From assembly GCA_040954595.2 (NCBI GenBank), contig CM082586.2, positions 4,884,509 to 4,948,508 on the forward strand: 64,000 bases of DNA. Reading direction: 5' to 3'. Shown piece by piece: positions 41,232 through 53,516 of this stretch (position 1 is its first letter; every line of letters starts with the position of its first letter). The stretch is from Balanoglossus misakiensis. Its lineage: Eukaryota > Animalia > Hemichordata. The translations under genes were made by a program, and so were the position numbers. The notes under the pieces are model-generated. The model was not told the origin of the DNA, searched no databases, and saw nothing but the letters and a program-made list of their open reading frames with translations.

Positions 41232-42550
41232 GTAGGCGGCCATTCGGCGGTTTTAAAGTTATTGCACGAATTTGGGCCAAGCACGAGTATTTTAATTCAG
41301 ACTCGCGTATGCCTTATCACTTCCTAACTTATCGTAAACTTATCAAACTGGATATTTACTGCCAATAGATTCAGTACTCCGGGACTGTAATCTCGGTTTC
41401 TGGAGGAAATCCCTCAAACTTTTACGATCTTTGGTTTTAGGGGAGAGTCACGGAGTTCGAAAGCCTCAAGCTCGTTTACACCAAATGGTGGGGTATAGCT
41501 TGTATGTACAGCGCAGTATATATTGACTGACTATGGTGTTATACGTCTCATTGACATACTGTTGGGGTATAAAGTCCATAGCGTTCCCAAAACCATATTG
41601 TTCCTACTCTGTAAATTAAACTTGGCATATGACCTCGCTGATAGAAGTAAACTTGTTTGTCGTCTCAGCATTTTTTTTTGAAATCTCATAAAAAGTTTTT
41701 CGTTTCAAACTTTGCGCGCTTGTGTTTTTCCTGCTCTATACAGAATTGCCCATCACCTGGTCCATTTCCTGTAAACTAAAACAATTCCACAACCTGTTTC
41801 ACACTTTTTTTAAAGATCAGCCTCGTTAACACCACTTATCCGCTTTTGTGCGAAAACAGGTGACTTTTATCCGCTTTGATCAAACGCAACTTGCCGATGG
41901 CATTGCACGGGCGGGGGAAAGTTTCGTCTCCGAATCTGAAAAGTACATGTAGGCATTTACACACGAGGCGATTTTAAAGTTGTTTGGTCGTACAGCCCCC
42001 GGAACGCACGCTCTCTGTACCCCCGAGTCCGGCCGATCGATCATCGCTCTATCACCAGCAACATCGGGTCGGTAGGCGTTCCCTCGGCCCCAATGAGAAA
42101 TCGTAATTTCTCAATGAAGGCATGTTTTGCTGATAACCCTATCCCAAAATATTTATGTACCGATTTACTAGCCTTGTAACGGAATTGCTGCGTGTGCCGT
42201 GGACGTTTTAAATTGTTTTTGCGCGGTCTTGAATCGTTCCATATGCTGGCTGGGCGTATAAAGTTGGCTGGATGATGAGTAAGCTTTGGTAGTTTATTGA
42301 GAATCAGGAAGGGGTCTTCACTCACTGCCTATTTCAGCATTGCTCAGTCCGAGTCTGAAGTTTATGTTCAAAACGACATCTATCGCCGAACACGCATGCC
42401 ATATTCCTCCAAGTTTAGAGTAAGCTTTTACCTTCCTTGTGTTGATCGTGTTGAAGTTTTGCGCATGTAGACGGCGATATAATTTTCACAAATCGTTGAT
42501 GTTTTCCTAAATATTTTATTAATGGAAAAATTCGTTTCTTTTGGTTACAG

Positions 42551-42648
42551 GTCTAGCTGTGTGAAGTATTTTATTCACACTGTACTTTTTGAAAGTTTGA
42601 GAACTGTTTTGAGCTTCCTTTGTTTTACTGGTTACTATATGGATTCCT
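42551..42648 (+). other. 5' UTR part of the first coding exon
   Basis: Pyrimidine tract plus ACAG acceptor ending at 42550, 98 nt before the ATG at 42649. Confidence 0.6.
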
Positions 42649-43510
42649 ATGGACCAAAGCGACTCAGACTGGATAACCACCACTGACTCGATCAAATCCT
42701 CGCCGAATCACCACCGCACCTCAAGCGTCAGCGACAGTGAGGCAAGGCAGCAGCAGCAGCCCAACCGGACATCCACTCCCACGGCCGCCTCTGGAGACAG
42801 TCCCCGAAGCGCCAGAGTCAGCCACCCGGCGGAACACTCGACGACGCGCTCAGTAGTGGTTCAAAGTTCGCCAGCGGGAACGGAGGAGCGAAGCAGCAGC
42901 AGTAGTCGCGTAACCGCCGCCGCCGCAGACTACGCCAGTCGCCTGCAGGGCACCCGTGGTATGCACCACAGCAGTATCGGACTCAGTCTAGCAGAACCCA
43001 GCCAACTACCTTCGTCCGAGGACGTGGAAGTGTTCTTCAACCACCTCGACCAGCCGCCCACCTCCTCCCATAGCCAGACACCAATGTACCAGACCATGTC
43101 CATGCACTCCGCACCGCCGACGTACGACGCCCCGACCTCCTTCATACACACGGGCACCAGCCCCGTCTACGTGCCCACCACCCGAGCCATGCCACTGCCC
43201 ATGCACGCCCAGTACCTGCCCTCGGGCACGGGCTCCTCGCAGACGCAGTCCAACAGCCACGCGGTGTGGTGCGGCCAGGCGGACACCGGCTACACCAACA
43301 CCACGACGCACCCGACGGTCAGCCCCCGGTTCAGCTTCCCACCGAGCCCGCCGATCACCGCCACCGGCACGATACCCAGGCCGAACGGTCTCAGCCCCTA
43401 CGCTTCACCCTACGACATCTCCCCGTGGCCGTCGTTTGCTGACGGAACACCGGTGACACTGCACCCCAACGCTGTGAACAGAGCCGGATCGGTTGTGAGG
43501 CGACCGAATG
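42649..43510 (+). CDS. GATA4/5/6: GATA4/5/6 transcription factor, first coding exon (N-terminal activation region)
   Basis: 287 codons plus 1 nt, GC3-rich. Carries GATA4/5/6 class motifs MYQT, FIH..TSPVYVPTTR, VSPRFSFPPSPP and SPY. Donor ATG|GTAAAT at 43510/43511 is phase 1, compatible with the next exon. Confidence 0.93.
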
Positions 43511-43533
43511 GTAAATATTGAGTATAGTAACAC

Positions 43534-43536
<3 letters not shown>

Positions 43537-43576
<40 letters not shown>
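43537..43576. repeat. (GA)20 microsatellite just downstream of the donor
   Basis: Perfect dinucleotide run. Confidence 0.97.
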
Positions 43577-43579
<3 letters not shown>

Positions 43580-46500
43580 TATGATATACGTAAAATTGTG
43601 TGAGAAATACGTTCTTACAACTGTTGTGTCCATGTTTGTCTGTGTACATTGCGAAATGAACAGCAAGATAGGGCTTGTGCGATAGGGCTTGCGCGGAATT
43701 CCTACGAAAACCTTATCCTTAATTCCGGGCCAAAATGTTGTAATTTCCTTCCACCTTGCAATAACGCATACCACCATATCTTCACTTGCCTCCTCACTAT
43801 TACGGACAGGAAGTTCGGATCTCAAAAATGTGTCAAACGATAGGAAGCGTTCCATATGCTCGTTTTGAAACCAAAACTCGAAGTTCTGAAACTGAAAAGA
43901 AACCGTAGTAAAACTGACAAAATTGCGCCCACCTACAACAAGCCAGCTACTGTTTTTTCGGACGCGATAGGCGCAGCAAATTATTATTGTGTATTCGAAG
44001 CAAACACGGGCGGAATAAAAAATGGCCCTCTTCACCTGGAATCCATCATTGGCGGGGCCAGTTTAACTCCTCAGGAAATTATGTTTACTCATTGGTCTCT
44101 CGCTTCCCTCGGTGAAGCGTACAAAAATGCGAAGAAAGCGGGGAAAATACTCGGTAATGCGCGAGTGGGCCGTGTGGTTGTCCACGGAGCAATGTCAAAT
44201 ACAAACACGTGTCGAGCGCTCTTTACCAAAACCATCGTGGTGTGGGGTTCTTAATACATCCTATATTTCTCAGTTCCGCGCCGCGCCTCTAATACTCTGC
44301 CTGGTTGCATGGTTCGCGATGAAAGCTTGGATACGGGACCAGTCCTTGTATCACCGTGCGTCTCTCGCTAATTTTCAACTTTCAGGGATTTATGCTGCTA
44401 ATACACACAAACAGGAACTCAATGGGTGGACGAATTTGCGGCCGACGTGCTCACGCTGGCAGCCTCAACAATATAATTGCGATTTTGCGGGAGAATGACT
44501 ACATTTAACAGAAAAGACATTTGTCTCGATGGGTGGTACAAATTAGAGTGATTTTAGGCGTAAATTCGTTAGAACTATCTGAGGTTAAATTACTGTAAAA
44601 TTCGTCTATTCGCTGCGTTGTATAGGCTCACACATGTGTAAGAATGTCGGTTAAAACAGCACTATAGGTATGCGTGCGCGCCTGCTCGTTAGATACAGAC
44701 AAGTTTTTCAATTTAAAAAATAAATATTTGACCATCTGATTTGAATATCATTTTTCATAAGTCAAAGCATTCCCATCGACGTGAACGAGCGGTACCCCAA
44801 TGTGTGCACTGGATTTGACGCAGAAGCGCTTAAATCGGCAATCGTCGGGCAACGTCGGAGTGATTGCGAACTCATTGAAACACGACGTTTTTCGTCGTCA
44901 ATTACGACCGTTTTTGCAACGAGCGACCGGCTCGAACTTTCGCGACACCGAAATCACATCTTATCAAAAATAAGTATCTACAGATAAACACAAATTACGG
45001 AGTGACACGGGTCTTGTCGGGCCGAGATGTTCTTGGGGGCCCTCGGATATGAATTCGCTGTGGGTACTTGAGTCAGACGATGGCGTTGTACACACTAATA
45101 TATAATGACACCATCGAGATAAACATTTCCCCGCAGAAGCATTTGATCGACGGATCAAAACTGTTCAAGATGTCTCCGTTATCAGTGTTTGGCGGGTGAT
45201 ATACACGTATTTGGTTTAAAACGGAAATGTCTTGAGTGACTCAAATTATAAACTTGTGGAAACAATACAGTGTTCAGAGATGTTTAATTATTTGAATTTC
45301 CGACAACGGCAAACAAAACGGGGGTAGTCTAAAAGTGTAACACGAATATGCACGTTTTATCTCAAACTGTTGGATTTTACTTAGATGTCGATCGCAATCT
45401 ACTTGATGATAATAATATCTTCGGTCAAAAAATCCCAAACAATGGTTGTGATTATCATAAAATCATAAATATCAAAGTGTCATCGACAGTTAAGTTTTTT
45501 TTTGAAAAACTTTTCAGTGTCCCGACGCGTAAAGGATCTACATGGTCGTTGCCGTTGGGGGCGTTTTCGAATCGCCCAAGTCCGAAACTTGAGATCCAAT
45601 TGTAATTCTTCAACGCACATAATGTACGCTAACTGCGGTTCATAAAAGTTTAGCCGGGGCTTAATGTGGCATCTCGGAATGCGAAACGGCGGATAAATTG
45701 CAGTAGGAAGGCTAACACAGCCATAAAATTCCTTTAAATGAATTAGGAACGCAACCATTTATACTTTTAAAGATCGCTTGCAGGCCTGGGCTGCAGCTTA
45801 TCAGAAGAGGGTGGAGCAAATTACCCAACACGCGTCTCGTCCAACCGAGGACCACGGTGCGGGGACTTTCTAGCGGAATGGCGTCGAATTTCAGTCGGCG
45901 CCAGGGTGCTATATTTCTCCCGCTGGTTCGTAAGCGATTAAATCACTCCTAATTTTCAACTGTGTTATGTTTGGATAGGCCTACAGCGAAGAAGATGCGC
46001 TTATCAGATCCTGCAAATAGCCGAGGAGAGAGAAATAAGTGCGTTAAAAGCGGATGCGGTCGTCCGCCAGTTTTGCTACTTAATGAGTCAGTCGAATATC
46101 CTCGGTCAAGACTGTCCCAAAGTGATTGATGTCTGGCGTTTATTTAGTTTCCAGTAAAACTTCCAATCTCAAACCAGCCACGGAGAATTCTTCTTGGGGT
46201 CTGAGCACAGTCCGGTCTGACGCGTAATTTAAAATAAAACACCGGATATTCCCTTCGCTTATGCACGTGCGTTTCTTGTTGGAAAAAAAACTGACATGAG
46301 CGTAAACCCGTGGTGGGCTGGGCCGCTGGACGCATGATTCTTCCAGACGACCTACACATTTTTCGTTGCATGTGCGAAAACCTGACAGTGTCGTGAACTT
46401 TGAAAATGTGAAGTATCTCAGCACAGCTACTCGTCTCCATATCGCGACATTATCGAGGACAGCTTAATAAAACTATCGTAAACTCCAGATATAGTACTAC

Positions 46501-47117
46501 CACGCTGGCGATTGAGTAGATACACTACCTGGTGTACTGGCATTCTGAGAAGCATGGGACCAAGCCCCCAGAAAAAAAATCACAATTTGTTTGCGTGTAT
46601 AGGCCCAGGTGACATTTTTTTACAGCTGTAGTCTGTACAGCAAACCTGACTGCCACAAAATAAGTCGTCGTTTCTCAGGAAAGAGGATTCTTACAATGTA
46701 TATCAGGGTAAAGGGGCTTCCCAGAAAACAAAACTTGATATTGCCTGGTTTTCGGCATTGCCAATAGTAAATGCGGGGGGCTATCACCCCCAAACCCAAT
46801 GCTCATAAATCTTAATGGAATTTCTTTAACAAATAACCTCAATTTTCCCGAGAGCCAAACATTTATCCGAATCAGCGGTTGCGGGGTCCTCGGGGTGACT
46901 TGAGCAAAATAGTTTGGTCTCAAGTTAAATTACCCTCTGTCGTCTGCGATATTCCGACGTCTAAAAATCGTCAAGTCGATTGGAAAATAGACTCGCAAAG
47001 GTGAGAGACACTTGCCCATGCGGGGAAGGCAACGAACGAGCGGCCACTTTAACTTTTTATCGGTGAAAAGTTGAAAAGTTAATAAAAAGTCATAATTTGG
47101 GGGGGGGGAGAAGTTTT

Positions 47118-47169
47118 TATCGTTCACCAAGAATGGTTTGACGCGAAACGATATCGTTCACCAAGAATG
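47118..47169. repeat. 18-bp direct repeat TATCGTTCACCAAGAATG, period 34
   Basis: Exact copies at 47118-47135 and 47152-47169. Confidence 0.85.
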
Positions 47170-50100
47170 ACCACGCGACGTGTTTGGGCTTTCTGACAGT
47201 GCATGAGGCCGACAGATCCGTTGAAAAGTGCGCTGTTTTGTCTCGAAAACCACTTCTGTGGTGTCAAACTTTGAACTGGGGCCTGATCGACCTACTTACA
47301 CCCCCGGCGTATCCCAAGCTGGCACCGAAAACATCAATTCCCCCCAAATTGCGACGTGTGATAGACAGCTTGATAGTCCTCGTGTTGGCAACTCCGCCAC
47401 CCGTAACAAATCATCTATTGTGCACCTCTGAAAATCTATCATATTGTTTTCTCGTCTGTCTTTCAATATTTAAAAAATAATATGCTGAGAGTTGACAAAA
47501 CGTTAACAGTTGACGTTAACCTACACGACCCCCGACGTGTTCATAAATTGAATGATACCTTAAATATGGCTAGGACAGATACAGTGTGATATATTGGCCC
47601 TAACCCTACAACATTGTATGCTACTCGTAGAATTCCAGCACTTGAGTAAGGGAGAAGCCTTGTTATTCATGGGGGGGGGGGGCACGGAACATGTTTATGA
47701 GAGTTGATTTCAGTCTTTGCATGCTTAGGTAGGCAAGCCCTACAGTTACCCCCTGTCTTGTGGCATGCAACACACGACAGTGGAGACTCGTGGTGGCTGG
47801 GACGCCTAACCCCATCACAGGTCTAGAGACCTGCCCACTGCCAAAACACAATATTGAGGCTTCCTTTTTCTCTTTTTTGATAGTGCACAATTGGAGTTAT
47901 TCCTGTTATTGGAAGAGGTTGTCATTGTCCCATTGAAAGGCCATGTGTCACTCTTGTTAAAGTTAGTCTACCAGTGTCATTAGACGCGACAAATCCACTT
48001 TTGGTGTGAAAGTGAGAGAAGTCAAATGGATGCGCTTCAGTGCTGGCAGTAAAGAGAGGGGTGTGTAAGTGAGGAAAAAAAATCAATGTAAATGTGCGAT
48101 CATTATTGCAGTGTCCTCTTAGTATCAACCTAAAGTCACCTGTCTCGACCATTGTGTCATAACAAAAATGCTTAAGTCGCCGGAGCCTTTTCTTGTTCAG
48201 AGATGAAAAAATACGCCACGGTTATTTTTAAAACACCACTTCAAAATAAGGGGTATATTCATAGGGTCGGTACATTTGGCCCACCTGCCCGTGTTTGTCA
48301 GTATTAATGGAGACTCCCATTGTTGGGTAATTACAGGCTTACTTGAGCACGTCTCTGTCTCCTTTGTGCGCAAACTGCTGGTGCATTATTATTGACTCGT
48401 GGAGAAATTGCTACAATTTGTTCTGCAAAGGTGTTAATTTAACACCGGTACAGAAAAAAAAAACGTAAACGGTCCAGCGGTCTATTCAGGAGAGAGCACT
48501 TTCAGAAAAAAAGAAACATGGCTTCGAGATCCATCACTGCGAAGCGTTTTCCTTTGACGGATGCGTTAGAGTTGCTTTTGTGTAGCAGGTATTGGGCTGA
48601 CGGCATGCGGACAGCTGACGTTCAAGTCTCAATGCCCCGAAGGGCGCAGAGTGACGCTTGATTTCAAAGTGGTTGACTGATTATCGATTGGAACTTTTTG
48701 CAGCGATACCGCCAGGATAGCAAGAGGTTACTTAAACATTGTTTTGCTGCAGATACACAGGAAATAATGCCAAGGGCGCGTAAAGCTTAATTCACATTAT
48801 TTAAAACTTCCCCTTTGATAGCAAAATATCTAAATTTTGTAGTCTGGCAGTCACATCCAAGCAGATAAAACATCTTCTCGATTTAAATTTAATTTCTCAT
48901 GCATATCAGTTCTTATATTTTAAATCTTATTTGTTGAAATCAATCTCAGAGCTCTCTCCAGAACAGTTATAAATTAGTTGCCCCTGTCCTTTAAAGTTGG
49001 GAAAACAATAGAAGCTCATTAACCTAATAATAACTAGTATTATTATGCAAATTAGCCACAAGACTATAAAAAAATGGAGAATATTAAATCTATTCGGTGT
49101 AAGTATTCAGATTTCTATATCGTTTGAAAATTTGAGTAAATACTAGTATTACAAATTTGATTAAGTAGTACAAAAGTTGCAAGCCTGTTTCGATCTGCTG
49201 TTGCCACTCCAAAGCACTCAGTTATTTGATACAGTGAACATCATAATTTAGTCATGGCCGGCCGCATGATCCTCCTCAACATCTTGACCCCATTACAACT
49301 TTGTATATTTTGGAAAAACACTTTCAGGTCTTAATTCACTTCCCGCGGCCCCCCGTCCAATGACTGTCATTGCTTTGTGGGTAATTCATTGCAGGCGAGG
49401 CATCTATGGGCTATGCACTGCCTTGGAAGACAACTTTCTCCTGTGGACTTGACGCACCTGTAAAAACTCAACTTTTTTTCCTGTCTGATTTTTTTTGTCT
49501 GAGGCTTGGAAGGATCATCAAGGGTGTGGTCAATGAATGCTCAGAGAGGTTAAGGTCACGGTCTCCAAGTTCACATTGTTTTCATCGCAAGCTCAGGAGC
49601 ACTGTATACGAGATGTATGGGTCTTTCTTCATAGTTTTCAGTCAGAAAGCAGTACCTCAAATTAAATAGTTGATAATTAGTAAAATTGCTCTAAATTATG
49701 GATAATTTAGATTTTTTTTATCTAAACTCTTATTTTACTTCATCAATCTTGCTCTCTGAGTGTCCAAGATCTATAGATTCTATTAGCTGGTTGGTGCAAA
49801 TTTAATACACACATGATGCAATATAAAATCATGACATTGAATAATTTACATTTTATACCCCCACACAGAGTGAAAGTTATTCTTATTAAAGGTCCATTGG
49901 TAAAAATTCTATGGTAGGCCTAAGTGTTTGCTCACGGTTGCACAGCAGTATGTACAGATCATTCCAAATTCATTTCTACATAATCGGTAGGAACTCCTGG
50001 TTGAAACTGCAACATCTCACTCAACTCCCTCCTAACCTACCCAGCGCTTGATGTTTCAGATTGACACCGCGTTTATTTACTGACAAATGCGAAACTGTTG

Positions 50101-52827
50101 AGAGACCGATCTTATTTGTACAAGGAAACAAGATCTGCCAAGTTTCCTCTCCACGCATGGGAGGGATATTCTCCGGGGACGCGAACTGAAGTGATCCGAA
50201 AAGTTGTCCCTGGGTCTTCCCACTGGAAAATGGAAACACTTTGTTTTGTTTTCCCAGAAGGACAAGTCTCAGGTTTTTATTATGGTGGGATTTGGGAATT
50301 CGTTTGTAAATATTTTCCCGAAGTTGGTCATAAAGGAAAGTTTTCCCTCCCAGACCGACATAACAATTATTCTTATCAGGTTAGTGTTTTCATTCCCAAG
50401 GAATGATATCCAAAACATAGTGACAATCAATCTTTCTCTTTGTCCCTGTCACATCCCAGCTGTTCCGCCCTGCGTTTGAAAATGATCTGATCCTTCTATA
50501 ATGCTAGGAACGCACCACAGTGCCGGAAATAGGGGCGAAAGGTTAGGGAGAGTGCATGTTCCTGTTTTGAAAAAATACCTACAAAGTGTTCATGTTGTTT
50601 CTAGATTTTAAGGTTATGTTTTTGAATTTCTTATTTTTAGCTGTCACTTAGCTTTGTGCGCAAATGTAAACTCTTCATGCAAATTCTTGTTTTGCACCAA
50701 TTTTTGCATCTGAGGTAAATGGAAAAACATCAGTCTTGTCTTTTGTGGAAAGTTTCAAAGTGAAAATAGCTGAGAAAATGCAGTGTTTTTCTTTTCCATT
50801 GAATAGCCCTGACTTTCAAGTTCAGTGTCAGGGTTTAAAATTTTGGTTTACTTGAGAAAAGTGAAGAAATCAAGGAGAAAACAGAATGTCCCTGAAAGTG
50901 TATCAAGCAAAGTTTACTGAAGTTTCAAATAAACTTTCAGTCTTGGCATTTTTCAGTCTGTTGCAGTTACTCAATACACAGCGATCTTCTCATGTCAACT
51001 ACTACCCCCCACCCTTGTGCTTGAAAAAAAGTGTTTCAAATAAAAATCCTTGGTAGCTGCAATTCTGGTGCGAAGATGGACACAACTTCGACACAATCAG
51101 ACGAGAAATGCCCACTGACGTGTTGAGTGATTCCGGAGTAATTTCAGTGGGGGAAGAAAAAATCAATGGAGGCTCTATTAAGAGTGTATTAGCGGAAGCC
51201 GGCAGTGGCAACAATTTCAATGCCCCGGTCTTCTTGAGTTGGTACAGTTGTTCCACCTGCGCCTGACTTCATACAAAAATCCTCGCGAGCGGTGAAAATG
51301 TGTGAGTGGTTTCCGCCGGGAGTGAGAATTACTCGAGATAATGCAAATTATTCTGTGCACCTTATCAGTCGAGGCGGCGATAAACCTTTTTTCTCCCGAC
51401 GCGATACGGAAGGCGTAGGTGAGAGTGCCCGGAGATAATTTCACCACTTCTGGAGTCTGTGTGCATTTAACATGACCTTCTTAGTCGCACAGCCAAGTTA
51501 TCGCGAGTCGGGCGATTTTTGTCCGCGATCGATAAGCGATATCTCGTGACATGTCCTCTACTCTTAGAACGAAACAACCATTTAAAAGTTATGACCCCAC
51601 CGCTGGCCATAAGACAGATTTTTTTGAAAAATAGAAATTTCATATTGTATCATTACTTGTATCATGTAATTTACTCATAAAAACAATTCCAGTAATGAGT
51701 TTTGGGGGCGCGAACGAAAACCATTGCAACCAGGCAGAGTAAAATGCTTCCAGCATCTTATATGCACCTGCGCTTTGCTTAAAAAAACGGCGATCATGTA
51801 GAATGTTTATCATCTAACATTTTTTTCTGTTCTTTGGTGAGTTTTGCTATATGTACAGGTGAGAGAGAAAGAGATTAACTTCATGTAAGATTGCTTCCAG
51901 GGCAGTTGCCAAGCCGACAGTATCCATGGTGACTTGCGCTGCTGGCTCTTCCCGTTTACTCGGGATCCTTGCTGCCTTGTGACTACAGCCGTGTTGGAAA
52001 AATTCTCAGTGCCTGTTTCCTGTTCACCCAGATATCCATGCTGTGGAAGAATTTGTTGTCGTGTTTTCGTACTGTGCTGTGGTTGTTCGTTTTTGTGTAA
52101 ATGTATACTGTTTTGTGTACGTTTGTTCGACACCGATGTTGAGAATCATGGGGGATGGGGGTGATTGAATTTGACAAAAAATCTTTGAAAAGTAAAAAAA
52201 AATGGCAACGTTCGGACTTAGTTATTCTGTATTACGATGAGAGCTGGGTGAATTGGTGTATGTTGAGGGGGAAATTGACTCAGGAGAGAGAGAGATCTCC
52301 CACAGCATGGTGATTGGTGAACCGGGAGCAGGTAAACTGGTTTTCTTTTCCAACAAGGTAACGTAGAAGACACACACACGGCAGCGAGAGACGATTCAAC
52401 GCCCAGGTAAGGGGAGAGAGCCACCAACACGTTGTCACTCCGCGGTCTGTCAGGTTCACTTTGTTTTACGATATAATCCACCGGCGCTACATTGGTAAAG
52501 TTTGTCAATGGCACTCAGAGGGCTAAGGAGCTGTATGCGGTGTGTGTGTGCGTGCGTGTTTATGGTTTGCGAGAGGGGCGAGGAGGAGAGAAAGGGAGGA
52601 TGTACGAGAGAGGGCTGCACAGTGATTTGAAAAAGTGAGGAAAAAAAGAGTGATATACAGATGATAAGTGAGTTTTATTTTGAGAGATTTGATTTGGATT
52701 TGAACGGATGTGAACTGAAACTCGTAGTGTTAACCCCCCACTCCAAAAAAAAATTAGCGTTTCATGAAATTGCACCAAGAGCTATTCTTTATGGTCAAAG
52801 TAGATTTCTCTACCTTTAACCCCGCAG

Positions 52828-52973
52828 AGGGGAGAGAGTGTGTGAACTGTGGAGCTGTTTCAACCCCTTTGTGGCGTCGAGATGGTACCGGACATTATTT
52901 ATGTAATGCTTGTGGATTATATCATAAAATGAATGGGATGAACCGACCGTTGATCAAACCCCAGCGCCGTCTG
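52828..52973 (+). CDS. GATA4/5/6: GATA4/5/6 N-terminal zinc-finger exon
   Basis: Encodes [49 protein letters not shown] (CX2CX17CX2C; KPQRRL is 4/5/6-type). Acceptor TTTCTCTACCTTTAACCCCGCAG| at 52827; alternative in-frame starts at 52801 and 52804. Donor CTG|GTAAGT, phase 0. Confidence 0.95.
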
Positions 52974-53027
52974 GTAAGTCTTAACGTAAATAATGCCACT
53001 TGCAGTAATATCACGAGAGAAAAAATA

Positions 53028-53237
53028 CTGTAAAGCACTTTATTTTCGCGAGCAATTTAATTTTCGCCAAATACGCGAGAGCCAAAGTAGCGTGAAAATA
53101 AAAAGTCACGTAAATTGTTTTTGAAGATAACGATGCAGTGAATGAAATAATAGAACGCGAAAATTAATACTCGCGGAACAGTGGCCTCTCTCGATATCGC
53201 GAAAAATGTAACTCGCGAAAAATAAAGTGTTTTACAG
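53028..53237. mobile_element. 210-bp MITE with ~25-bp TIRs and TA target-site duplication (Tc1/mariner-like)
   Basis: TA|CTGTAAAGCACTTTATTTTCGCGAG ... CTCGCGAAAAATAAAGTGTTTTACAG|TA (1 mismatch, 1 indel). It forms a CpG-rich patch in an otherwise CpG-poor intron. Confidence 0.88.
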
Positions 53238-53257
53238 TATAATAACCTGGTCGAGGG

Positions 53258-53516
53258 GAAAGTTCGCTTTCAGGGTAGTGTCAGTGGCCGCAGAGTTGCA
53301 TTTAACCCTTTCACCACCATGGTTCAGTCCAAACCCATTGTTTTCTGTGGTATGGTTGGACCTCTATAGAGGGAACTGGGGGTGAAAGGGTTAAAAAAGT
53401 GCTGGAGCCTGGGAAGTCACGAGGGAATGATATCTAGAAAGTGTTGTAATTCTCTCGGGATTTTCCACACTAAGGCCCCCACCTTTACATTGTACCTTCC
53501 CTGAAAGTCAACTTTC
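53258..53516. mobile_element. Probable older inverted-repeat element hosting the TTAA MITE
   Basis: GAAAGTTCGCTTTCAGGG (53258-53275) and CCCTGAAAGTCAACTTTC (53499-53516) are inverted, 16/18 matching. No clear TSD. Confidence 0.5.
53306..53390. mobile_element. 85-bp piggyBac-like MITE
   Basis: TTAA|CCCTTTCACCACCA ... TGGGGGTGAAAGGG|TTAA: TTAA TSD, CCC..GGG ends and a 14-bp TIR with 1 mismatch. A decayed second copy lies at ~16980. Confidence 0.85.

Noticed and set aside
43391-44035. 214-aa minus-strand ORF
   Set aside because: Runs through the (GA)20 microsatellite (SLSLSL) and antisense to the GATA exon. No domain.
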